Below are positions 39,637 to 48,058 of a DNA stretch of 64,000 nt, piece after piece. The stretch lies in contig NZBZ01000020.1 in assembly GCA_002686365.1 (NCBI GenBank), positions 55,484 to 119,483 on the forward strand, given 5' to 3'. The notes beneath the pieces are model-generated. The model did not search any database, was not told the DNA's origin, and saw nothing but the letters and a program-made list of their open reading frames with translations. Position numbers and translations under genes: made by a program. How positions within the stretch are numbered: position 1 is the stretch's first letter; the number at the start of each line of letters is the position of its first letter. This stretch comes from a bacterium (GTDB lineage: Bacteria > Patescibacteriota > Minisyncoccia > UBA6257 > GWB1-50-10).

Positions 39637-39648
39637 TAAGAGGAGAGT

Positions 39649-40069
39649 ACAAAATAGCATCTTCTTTTAGTTCAGGAATATCAGACTTTTCTAATTGAAA
39701 AATAAGTTCTTCAGGCAGGACAATGCGTTCAGGGAGCGCAGGGTGAAGCGGGGCAATAAGTCCAACAGTATCTCCTGCTTTAAGGGCTCCATTATCCGGT
39801 CCCTCAATAATCTTTCCTATGCCGTATGAAACATACTTCTCATTTCTTCGGCCTTCCCGAAGTCTGGACCATGTTTTCGTAATAAGTCCTTCAAGGCCTA
39901 CAACAGGAAAGTAGTTCCAAAGAAGCCGCAGACTTTTCTGCCTTGTGTGATACACGCCGGAAAGACGCTCAAGGTTCTTAAAAGCAAGAATTTGAACGCG
40001 ATATTCAGTGGGGTTTCTATAATAATCCAGATATCCATCCCTCCACTTTTTGCCGGTTAATATCCTCAT
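39649..40069 (-). CDS. hypothetical protein (N-terminal 140-aa part of the 580-aa track ORF; separate gene or fused domain)
   Basis: ATG MRILTGKK... preceded by a TTG-started ORF; no recognised domain. The boundary with the downstream oxidoreductase is ambiguous because of the stop-free repeat. Coordinates approximate. Confidence 0.3.
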
Positions 40070-40318
40070 ATAAGCACCAAAATTATACCCGCATTTCACT
40101 GATAAAAACAAGCGATATCTCTACATCTCCCACAAAACTACGAGCACAGCGAGTATAGTTTTGTGAGGACCCTGAGCAAAGCGAAGGGTTTCAGTAAAAG
40201 TCCGACATATAAACACTTCTTGCTTGTTACCTTTAGAAGGGCAGTAACGTAGTACTAATGAAGATAAAACAGGTCGACAAATTGACTTCTAAACAGGAAA
40301 AATAATATAATAAAACTA

Positions 40319-41989
40319 ATGAAAAAATACATATTCACCACACTGGTCGCGAGCATACTCATAACACTCCTTGCGAGCACTTCAGTTCGAGCAGAGGAAA
40401 CAGGAAGTGACGCAAGCGCAGTCGACGGAGACTCCTCAAGTGTCACAATAGTCGATGGGGTAGAGTCAGATGATATTAGTGTCGACAAAACAGAGTCAAA
40501 CGACGTTAGTGTTGATGGAAGCTCTCCAACTAAGGATTTCATCTGTACAATGGAGTACGCTCCAGTATGCGGAAAAGACAGCAAAACATACTCAAATGAG
40601 TGCATGGCAAAAGGATCTGGAGTGGAAGTTGCGTATAAAGGGGAGTGTAAGGACATCATAGTAGTGCCTGCGCTCGACGCAACCCAACAGCCAAATCTGA
40701 TAAAGCCGCCTACTCCTAACGAGTCAGGAGCTATAACAGAATCAGTTAAAGACATAAGCATAGACAGGGACAAAGACAAACGAGCTATTAAAATAGAGAA
40801 ACGACTCTTTGTTGCTCCTATCCGAGCAGTAGAAACTACTAAAACAGAAAAAACAAACTGCGGAGTGGAAGGGAGGCTTCTCGGAGAATACAATAGACTG
40901 ATTCTCGAACTTAAGCGGGCAGAGCGGGCAAAACAAGAAGAAAAGCAGAAGGATATAATGCAGCAGATTAGGAAGCTGAAGGAAGAAATAAACAAAGAAA
41001 GAGAGGGGTGCAATATTGTCCGGCCAACTATTATAAGATCGACAACACAATCAAAGCCAGCTCCAGTAACTGCAAAGCCATCAGTAAGGCCTATAAGCGC
41101 AGAGCTGAAAAATATAGAAGTTCTCAGTCTATGCAGGCAGATTCCAGCTTTGGACAGAAAAATTGAATTTTACAAAAATGCATCTGAGGACGCATCCGAG
41201 GAAACAAGCTTCTCTGAAAAAGATATGGAGAAAATAGTGGAAGAGCTTATCGATCGGAAAGAAGCAATCAGAGAGAAGTATGAATGTAAGGAGGTAGTAG
41301 AAATACAAGATGCTGTTGCTATAAGCGCAGATGGAGATTACGAAGGCCCAATCATGAAACCTATCGTGCCAGACTCTGTAAAAGAAATTGGAAGATATTA
41401 CAGGGCGCGCATTGAAGAGGCAACTGAGACAGAAGAGGGAGAGGAGGAAGAGGCTCAAATTGAACGTCTTCGCGAGGTTCGTATAGAAGTGGACGGACTT
41501 GTAAAGAAATTCATCAAGAGCAAAAAAGAAATCAGAATGGAGGATTTGCAGGGAGTTACAGAAACAATAAACATTCAAAAAGGAAGAATTCATGCAGATG
41601 ATGTATCTGTAGAAGCAGAAGGAAAAACAATTCAGCTTTCAGAAAAGATACGCATTAAGCCAATGCGAAGGAGGGTGTTGATTCAGGAGGGGGAGTTGGA
41701 AATAGAAGCGCAGAACATCACAGTTGAAGATGGAGAGATGAAGGTTGGAAAAGGAAAGGCGCCGGTAAAAATTTCAGCAGAATGGGTAGTGCAGAATATT
41801 GAAAAGCCAATACAAAAAATTGAACTAAAAGAAGAGAATAACAAGGCAGTATATAAAATAAAAGTAAGGGAGCAGAAAAAATTCCTCGGCTTCATTCCAA
41901 TGAGAATATCAAAAACACTGAAGGTAGAGGCAGAAGAGGGTGAGCAGATCGCAGAAGAATTCCCTTGGTACTCATTCCTTTTCAGGTAA
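40319..41989 (+). CDS. secreted Kazal-domain protein with long E/K-rich coiled-coil region
   Basis: Signal peptide MKKYIFTTLVASILITLLASTSVRA. CTMEYAPVCGKDSKTYSNECMAKGSGVEVAYKGEC matches Kazal C-x(n)-Y-x-PVCG-x-DG-x-TY-x-N-x-C...C spacing. Confidence 0.7.
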   Translation: MKKYIFTTLVASILITLLASTSVRAEETGSDASAVDGDSSSVTIVDGVESDDISVDKTESNDVSVDGSSPTKDFICTMEYAPVCGKDSKTYSNECMAKGSGVEVAYKGECKDIIVVPALDATQQPNLIKPPTPNESGAITESVKDISIDRDKDKRAIKIEKRLFVAPIRAVETTKTEKTNCGVEGRLLGEYNRLILELKRAERAKQEEKQKDIMQQIRKLKEEINKEREGCNIVRPTIIRSTTQSKPAPVTAKPSVRPISAELKNIEVLSLCRQIPALDRKIEFYKNASEDASEETSFSEKDMEKIVEELIDRKEAIREKYECKEVVEIQDAVAISADGDYEGPIMKPIVPDSVKEIGRYYRARIEEATETEEGEEEEAQIERLREVRIEVDGLVKKFIKSKKEIRMEDLQGVTETINIQKGRIHADDVSVEAEGKTIQLSEKIRIKPMRRRVLIQEGELEIEAQNITVEDGEMKVGKGKAPVKISAEWVVQNIEKPIQKIELKEENNKAVYKIKVREQKKFLGFIPMRISKTLKVEAEEGEQIAEEFPWYSFLFR

Positions 41990-42002
41990 ATCCATAAATC
42001 TC

Positions 42003-42031
42003 AAACACCTCCGCATTGCCGGGGGTGTTTT
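42003..42031 (+). terminator. rho-independent terminator of the Kazal-protein gene
   Basis: AACACCtccgcattgccgggGGTGTTTTG. Confidence 0.5.
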
Positions 42032-42039
42032 GTAAGGGC

Positions 42040-42660
42040 GTATAAATTCTAAGGCGGCAACTCACGGTCACGGTGTTGCCGCCTTCGATCATGCACGAAC
42101 CGCATGATTAAACATAGGTATAGGCTGATTAGGCTGCTCGTGTCGCCTAGTTAGTCCTTGGCCTTCGTTGTGGGCGTAACGATCTCTGCCGCCTCTTTGA
42201 CGGTCGCGTCTCGACGTCTCTCGAGCACGTCTGGTCTAAGCATGAATGTCTCCCATAGGCACGGTGTGCTCCAGAGAGCCATGGAGCGTTATTGCCCATA
42301 ACTCCAAAGAACTAATTTCAGTATAACAAAATATAAAGACGTATATATAACAAGACGGCATTCTCGGTCCCGAATGCCGCCCTATCTAAAATCCGGACAC
42401 GCCGGACTATTGGCGTGTAATTGCGTGCTACCATTTAGCAGCACAGCCCTGTTCGATACCACAGAACTAATTGCAGTATAACGAAGACGTCTATAAATTC
42501 CAAGGCGGCACTGATCCACTGACCAAGATGCCGCCTTACGATTTTGGGTGTGTACAAGGTACCTGCAGAGTATCCCTAGGTCTAGGCACCGAGCGCATTA
42601 AGTGCTGCCGTTTAGCAGCGCAGCTCTGTTCGATACCACAGAACTAATTGCAGTATAACA
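42040..42660. repeat. GC-rich non-coding island with three tandem TATAAATT-promoter-like + GGCGGCA...TGCCGCC hairpin units and two about 60-nt direct repeats (GTGCTRCCRTTTAGCAGC...CCACAGAACTAATTGCAGTATAAC)
   Basis: Hairpins at 42051-42085, 42355-42382 and 42503-42537. Direct repeats at 42424-42490 and 42601-42658, with a partial copy at 42296-42327. GC is about 55% against about 40% in the flanks. Confidence 0.8.
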
Positions 42661-42706
42661 AAAATTAAAGATACTCCAAATATCCCTTGGCAAGTACTGG
42701 GGTTGA
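42661..42706. repeat. 45-bp direct repeat (copy 1) duplicating the 3' end of the downstream GT4 gene
   Basis: aaattaaagatactccaaatatcccttggcaagtactggggttgag versus ttaattaaagatactccaagtatctcttggcaagtactggggttgag at 43165-43208 (41/45 identical). Confidence 0.8.
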
Positions 42707-42802
42707 GTTGACAAAAACTGTATCTAGGTTCAAAGTAGGAACAGCTTAAGCGCGCAACAGGTATCATCCAAGTCAAAGTGCCCGCCAGCAGGAGATCCCA
42801 GC

Positions 42803-43066
42803 ATGACAGAGCCAGTAGGAAGAGGAATTTGTCTTTACGGACATCCAGCGTCCCTGCCTTCAGACAGTGAGATGGAATGGATGGTCCGAAAAGCCGGAGG
42901 ATTGGAACGCGACGAGGTGAACGCTACAACAAGGCCACGGAAGGACGGAATATGGGTCGTCGTGGCCATCATTGGTTCATCGGTGTCAGACGAAAAGTGG
43001 CAGAGAGTCGTGGATGCCGTCTCGGCGATTTCCGTGCCTCTCTCGGCACTTCGACAGGCCTCATAG
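42803..43066 (+). CDS. hypothetical 87-aa ORF inside the GC-rich island (doubtful)
   Basis: ATG ORF with no homology recognised; it lies between the two 45-bp direct repeats. Confidence 0.2.
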   Translation: MTEPVGRGICLYGHPASLPSDSEMEWMVRKAGGLERDEVNATTRPRKDGIWVVVAIIGSSVSDEKWQRVVDAVSAISVPLSALRQAS

Positions 43067-43164
43067 CCCCCGCTACGTACGCCGAGAAGAACGCTATTCT
43101 CCATCGTAACCCGTCTCAAGCTAACCAAAGCAGAGGCGGATTTTTTTCGCTCAGGTTTTCGTTA

Positions 43165-43208
43165 ATTAAAGATACTCCAAGTATCTCTTGGCAAGTACTG
43201 GGGTTGAG
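43165..43208. repeat. 45-bp direct repeat (copy 2), overlapping the last 8 codons and stop of the GT4 gene
   Basis: See copy 1; the sequence encodes ...AKRYLEYL* on the minus strand. Confidence 0.8.
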
Positions 43209-44377
43209 AAGTGCTCCTTTGTGAAAATATACCCCCTCTCTCCCAAAAGACTTCTTCTAGATTTACTTTTGGAGAGCTGGAGAATTGCTTTCTTAATATG
43301 TTCTCTGTCTCCGGGCTTTGTGCAGATGCCGCACTTTGCATGCTTGCATACTAGGTCTGCTGTGACTCCCTCCATCGCAGCAATCACGGGCCTTTTCAAA
43401 GCCATATAATCCAAAACCTTAGTAACATAGACATATTTTAAAAAGTTTTCTCTTCTAAGAGAGACAACACATATATCAGATGCAGAGATATATCCTGCAA
43501 TCTTATCTCTGGGAACAGGATCTAAAAACTCTACATTTCGAATGCCATAGGCCTTTGCCCGATTCATAATGTGTGACTTCTGCCTGCCGTCTCCGATAAA
43601 GGCAAAGTGAACATTCGCGGATTCTTCCTGAAGGCTATATGCAGCATCAAGCAGAGCATCAAAATCATATGCAGGACCATGAGAGCCGCTATAGAGTATC
43701 ACGCACTTATCATCCCACCCCAACTCACTGCGAAGCCTGAACCCATCCTGCGATTTATCTCTGATAAGATCAAACTCAACAGGATTTGGAACAACCCCGA
43801 TAATATCTTCTGGCACTCCTTTTCTTTGTACTAAAAACTGTTTAAATCCCGGAGAGTTCACAACAATCCTTCGAGCCCTCTTATACAAAAATCGTTCAAA
43901 AGAGTAGGCCATTTTAATAAGAAGTCTGTTTTTCATCCTTCCGAGCTCAATAGCCTCATCAGGAAAAAGACCCTGTACTTCGAGCACAAATGGTACACGC
44001 CTAATACGGCTCACAAAATATCCGGCAAATCCCAAAAGAATAGACGGAGAAGAGGCAATAATAACACTCGGCTTTTTTACAAGCAGTCCGGCAATAAGAG
44101 CTGAAATAAAAAACGTGCCATGTGAAAGCACGCGCCCCACAAATGTCCTATACCATATAAACGTACTCCACACCCGAAGAATCTCAGCAGCTCCATCCTT
44201 CTCCCGATAAATAAGTCCGGCTTTAGCGTATCGCTTTCCAGTCATGTAGTTAAACATGCCGGCGATAATAGTCGTATCATATCTGTCCTGTTTCCAGTAC
44301 TTTGAGAATAAATTAAAACGGGATATACCCGCCTCATTTAATCTCGTATAAAACTGATGGAAGACTAAAATTTTCAT
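43166..44377 (-). CDS. glycosyltransferase family 4 (WcaI-like)
   Basis: MKILVFHQFY... start used (the track ORF extends 26 aa further into asnB); C-terminal GT4 domain. Confidence 0.85.
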   Translation of the reverse strand: MKILVFHQFYTRLNEAGISRFNLFSKYWKQDRYDTTIIAGMFNYMTGKRYAKAGLIYREKDGAAEILRVWSTFIWYRTFVGRVLSHGTFFISALIAGLLVKKPSVIIASSPSILLGFAGYFVSRIRRVPFVLEVQGLFPDEAIELGRMKNRLLIKMAYSFERFLYKRARRIVVNSPGFKQFLVQRKGVPEDIIGVVPNPVEFDLIRDKSQDGFRLRSELGWDDKCVILYSGSHGPAYDFDALLDAAYSLQEESANVHFAFIGDGRQKSHIMNRAKAYGIRNVEFLDPVPRDKIAGYISASDICVVSLRRENFLKYVYVTKVLDYMALKRPVIAAMEGVTADLVCKHAKCGICTKPGDREHIKKAILQLSKSKSRRSLLGERGYIFTKEHFSTPVLAKRYLEYL

Positions 44378-44378
44378 A

Positions 44379-46268
44379 TTACGAGAACCAGTAATCGTAC
44401 CACAAAGACAGAGTGATAAGATTCCAAATGCGGAAGGTATGATTTTCTTTTCCACTCTGATGTTCTTTGATAAGACTCTTTATATATTCGTAATCAAAAA
44501 GTTTACGTTCCTTAAGCTTTGAATTGAAAATAATATCTGTAAACTCTTTTGCAGTCTCTCTATTTTTCAGCCACTCAGCAACTGGAGCACCAAATCCCTG
44601 TTTTTTTCTATCGATTATCTCGTCAGGAATGATGCCGCGCACAGCCTGCTTTAGAACATTCTTTGTCTTACTGCCTTTTATTTTTAAGTCCTGCGGAATA
44701 CTCATGGCAAGCTCTACCAGTCGATGGTCAAGAAATGGAACACGCGTCTCAATGGAGTTTGCCATTGCCATCCTATCAACTCGCATAAGAAGAAACTCAG
44801 CAAGACGAATCTTTATATCCACATATGCCATCCGCTTCAGATTATCAGCATTAGGATCTGCAGAATCAATTTCAGCATACAAATCCTGAATAACCTGATA
44901 CGCAGGGTCCTGAGGCATGCGCCTAGCAAAATGAGGAGAGAGTAGCTTATCTTTCATGCTCCCAGAAAAGGCAACAGCATGTCCCCAAAAAGGCTCCTGA
45001 CCAAGCACGAGACGATCCGCATAAATCCGTGAAAATGCAGATTTGGCAAACACTTTGGACATGCGCCGCAGGAAGATAGGCAATCTGCGAGCTATTTTCC
45101 AAAAAGGAAGTAAACGGGCAGCCCGCAGGTATGAGTCATATCCTGCAAAAATCTCATCTGCGCCCTCACCAACTTGCGCAACAATAACGCCATTATCTCG
45201 GGCAAGTTTTGATATAGAGTAGACTAAGAAACAGATATGATCTGCGTTTGGATCATCAGTATGTGCAGAAAACTCAGGTAGAAAGTTTATAAAATCTTCT
45301 CGTCCCACAAGCACCTCATGCTTTTTTGCGCCTAAGAGGTCTGCAATTTTTCGAGAGTGCTTAAACTCATTGTACTGCTCTTTAAAGTCCTTCACTCCAA
45401 TAGAAAATGTTTCTACTGGTTCTCCAAGCGCGCGCGACATGAGCGCAGCATTGGTAGATGAATCAATCCCGCCTGAGAGAAAGCATCCAAAAGGAACATC
45501 TGAAACCATCTGCTTTTTTATTGAATCCTCAAGCAGTAATTTTGTCTCAGACGCATAAGGCTCTTCAGAATGCTTTTCTGTATTAGATGCAGGGTTCCAG
45601 TACTCCTCTGTCTTGAGCTTGCCTGATGAATCAATAGTAAGAGTATGCGCAGAGGGAAGTTTCTGAACTCCTTTGAATAGTGTGTGTGGGGCAGGCATGC
45701 ATCCGAATGTAAGATAATACGAAATATTATTCTCATTAAGCTCTTTTTTGAAATCAGGATGTTTCAGAATGGCCTTAATCTCTGATCCAAAAAGAAATCG
45801 TCCGTTTTCAAAAGAATAATACAGGGGCTTAATGCCAAGCTGGTCCCGCGCTGCAAAAAGAGTCTTTTTCTTCTCGTCCCAGATTACAAAGGCAAACATT
45901 CCATTAAACTTTTTCACGCACTCTGCGCCATACTCTTCGTATGCGTGGATAATTACCTCTGTATCTGACTTAGAGCGAAATGTATGTCCGCGTCTCTCAA
46001 GCTCCTTGCGCAAACTCTGAAAGTTATAAATCTCTCCATTATATGTAATCCAGATTGTCTTATCCTCATTCGTCATTGGCTGGTGTCCAGCCTCTGTTAA
46101 ATCAATAATCGAAAGCCGTCTGTGAGCCAAGCCAACACGTAAATCAGGGGAGATATAAGTACCCTCATCATCAGGTCCTCGGTGCTCTAAAACATCTCTC
46201 ATGGAGATCAGATCCGCTTTTTGCACCTCTTTTTTATTCAAATTATATATACCTGTAATACCACACAT
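44379..46268 (-). CDS. asnB: asparagine synthase (glutamine-hydrolysing) family amidotransferase
   Basis: MCGITGIY... gives the N-terminal Cys nucleophile; SGGIDSS PP-loop motif. Start set at MCGITG; the track ORF is 16 aa longer. Confidence 0.9.
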   Translation of the reverse strand: MCGITGIYNLNKKEVQKADLISMRDVLEHRGPDDEGTYISPDLRVGLAHRRLSIIDLTEAGHQPMTNEDKTIWITYNGEIYNFQSLRKELERRGHTFRSKSDTEVIIHAYEEYGAECVKKFNGMFAFVIWDEKKKTLFAARDQLGIKPLYYSFENGRFLFGSEIKAILKHPDFKKELNENNISYYLTFGCMPAPHTLFKGVQKLPSAHTLTIDSSGKLKTEEYWNPASNTEKHSEEPYASETKLLLEDSIKKQMVSDVPFGCFLSGGIDSSTNAALMSRALGEPVETFSIGVKDFKEQYNEFKHSRKIADLLGAKKHEVLVGREDFINFLPEFSAHTDDPNADHICFLVYSISKLARDNGVIVAQVGEGADEIFAGYDSYLRAARLLPFWKIARRLPIFLRRMSKVFAKSAFSRIYADRLVLGQEPFWGHAVAFSGSMKDKLLSPHFARRMPQDPAYQVIQDLYAEIDSADPNADNLKRMAYVDIKIRLAEFLLMRVDRMAMANSIETRVPFLDHRLVELAMSIPQDLKIKGSKTKNVLKQAVRGIIPDEIIDRKKQGFGAPVAEWLKNRETAKEFTDIIFNSKLKERKLFDYEYIKSLIKEHQSGKENHTFRIWNLITLSLWYDYWFS

Positions 46269-46331
46269 ATTGCCTCTATAGTATGCGTTTTTGCTTGATT
46301 TTTCAAAGATTCTCAATTACTCTATCTCAAT

Positions 46332-47030
46332 ATGAAAGCCGTAATTCTAGCAGGCGGAATGGGAACTAGACTTCGCCCAATTACCTATGAGATTCCTAAG
46401 CCACTTGTGCCAGTAAAGAAAAAGCCAATAATCAATCATCTGATTGATTTCTTTAATAAGCAGGGAGTTGATAAAATCGGTATTCTTGCAAGCAGGAAGC
46501 ACAGAAAGGACTTTAAGAAGTGGAGAAAGGCATGGGAAAAAAGCATACCAAGCGAAAAAATGGAAATGTTCTATGAAGATACGCCGCGAGGCACATTCGG
46601 AGGAATGGAGCTAGTGCGTGAGTGGCTTGGGAATGAGACATTTTTGCTCACAAATGGAGATGAGCTCAAAGACCTTGATTTAAAAAATCTACAGGAATTT
46701 CATGGAAGCCACGAGGGAGTAGGCACAATCTGGCTTGTTGAGGTTCCAAATGCCAATGAGTATGGAGTACCAATATTAGACGGGCACAGAATAATCGAAT
46801 TTCTGGAAAAGCCAAAGAATCCGCCATCTAACTATATAAATTCAGGACTATATGTATTTAATCCAGAAATTTTTGATTATGCGAATTTCTCTAATGAGCA
46901 AATATCAACTGAACGAGACATCTTTCCAAGACTCGCAAAAAAAGGAAAACTTTTTGGCCATAAAGCAGAAGGCCGATGGTATGACTGCGGTAACTTAGAA
47001 CGCTGGGAGAAGGCTATTCGTGAGTGGTAA
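46332..47030 (+). CDS. sugar-phosphate nucleotidyltransferase
   Basis: MKAVILAGGMGTRLRPITYEIPKPLVPV is the NTP_transferase signature. Confidence 0.85.
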   Translation: MKAVILAGGMGTRLRPITYEIPKPLVPVKKKPIINHLIDFFNKQGVDKIGILASRKHRKDFKKWRKAWEKSIPSEKMEMFYEDTPRGTFGGMELVREWLGNETFLLTNGDELKDLDLKNLQEFHGSHEGVGTIWLVEVPNANEYGVPILDGHRIIEFLEKPKNPPSNYINSGLYVFNPEIFDYANFSNEQISTERDIFPRLAKKGKLFGHKAEGRWYDCGNLERWEKAIREW

Positions 47031-47928
47031 GAGTTCGCCTCACACCTTCTTCGAGTTTTATAACAGGCTCCCAATTAAGGAGCTTTTTTGCTTTTGAGGA
47101 ATCAAGAGATATGTGCATAACCTCTCCCTTGCGAAAGGGCGCATAAGTTGGTTCTTTTTTATAGTCAAGCACATCAGCAATTATTTGAAATATCTCTTTA
47201 TCAGAAACCTCCTTGCCCCAGCCAATGTTTGCCACATCATTCTTGCCTTTTGTAAGAGCAAGAAGATTTGCAGAGACAATATCTGAGACGTGAACATAGT
47301 CCCGCGTCTTACTCCCATCTCCAAAAATAGTTGGCTGCTTTCCATCTTGAATGAGTTCGGAGAAGATTGCGACAATTCCAGCCTCGCCTTTTGGATCCTG
47401 ACGAGGCCCATATGCATTCGCATATCGAAAGCCAAAGTAGGTGAATGATCCCATCTTTGCATAAAAACGAATAACATCTTCAGCAAGAGCTTTTGAAAGC
47501 GCATATGGAGAGATAGGGTCTCGGGGAGCAGATTCAGAAACAGGGAGCTTCTTTGGATCTCCATACATTACTCCGCCAGTTGATGCAAAAAGAAGCCGCT
47601 TTACGCCAAATTCATTAGCGCACAAACAGATATTTGTAGTTCCCAAGACATTAGTTTCTATAGTGGGAATAGGATCTCTAAGAGAAGCTCCAACTGCGGC
47701 AATAGCAGCATGGTGATTTACAACTTCAGGCTGTTCCTTTTGAAAAACCTCTCGGAGCGCGTCAAGGTCAAGAATATCAGCCTCATACAGCCGCGCCTTA
47801 GGATTTATATTTTTCTTCGAACCAGTAGAAAGATTATCAATTATAACTACTTCATGACCCGCCTCTATATAGGCATCAACAATATGAGACCCAATGAATC
47901 CTGCCCCGCCTGTAATAAGAATTTTCAT
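47014..47928 (-). CDS. NAD-dependent epimerase/dehydratase (UDP-glucose 4-epimerase-like)
   Basis: MKILITGGAGFIGSHIVDAYIEAGHEVVIIDNLSTG, YAxxK. Confidence 0.88.
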   Translation of the reverse strand: MKILITGGAGFIGSHIVDAYIEAGHEVVIIDNLSTGSKKNINPKARLYEADILDLDALREVFQKEQPEVVNHHAAIAAVGASLRDPIPTIETNVLGTTNICLCANEFGVKRLLFASTGGVMYGDPKKLPVSESAPRDPISPYALSKALAEDVIRFYAKMGSFTYFGFRYANAYGPRQDPKGEAGIVAIFSELIQDGKQPTIFGDGSKTRDYVHVSDIVSANLLALTKGKNDVANIGWGKEVSDKEIFQIIADVLDYKKEPTYAPFRKGEVMHISLDSSKAKKLLNWEPVIKLEEGVRRTLTTHE

Positions 47929-48058
47929 CCCTCACTCTTGGCGCATTGAGACGCCAAATTAGTACTTATTCTTTCGACTTGTGTATTTTTTTGATTCATT
48001 GTTTTGTCTTTATCCCTTTCCTTTACGCAGTTATGCGCCAAGGGCGTAGGGATTCATA

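Noticed and set aside
36905-40135. CRISPR array interpretation of the ATCTCGAT repeat loci
   Set aside because: Units are 8-10 nt, degenerate and not separated by unique spacers of regular length, and no cas genes are nearby. They are microsatellite or iteron-like arrays, not CRISPR.
41990-43165. Matching the GC-rich island to RNase P RNA, tmRNA, SRP RNA or 6S RNA
   Set aside because: Only trivial fragments (ACAGAAC, TTCGAT) match from memory, and the conserved cores (GGAAAGTCCGG for RNase P, tRNA-like 3' end for tmRNA) are absent. It is left as unassigned pending a covariance-model search.
47928-47945. CCCTCACTCTTG motif shared by 47931 and 60225 as another repeat family
   Set aside because: At 47931 it is simply the reverse complement of the GTGAGGGATG RBS/start context of the epimerase gene. 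Two copies of a 12-mer containing the organism's SD-like GAGGG are not enough to call a repeat element.
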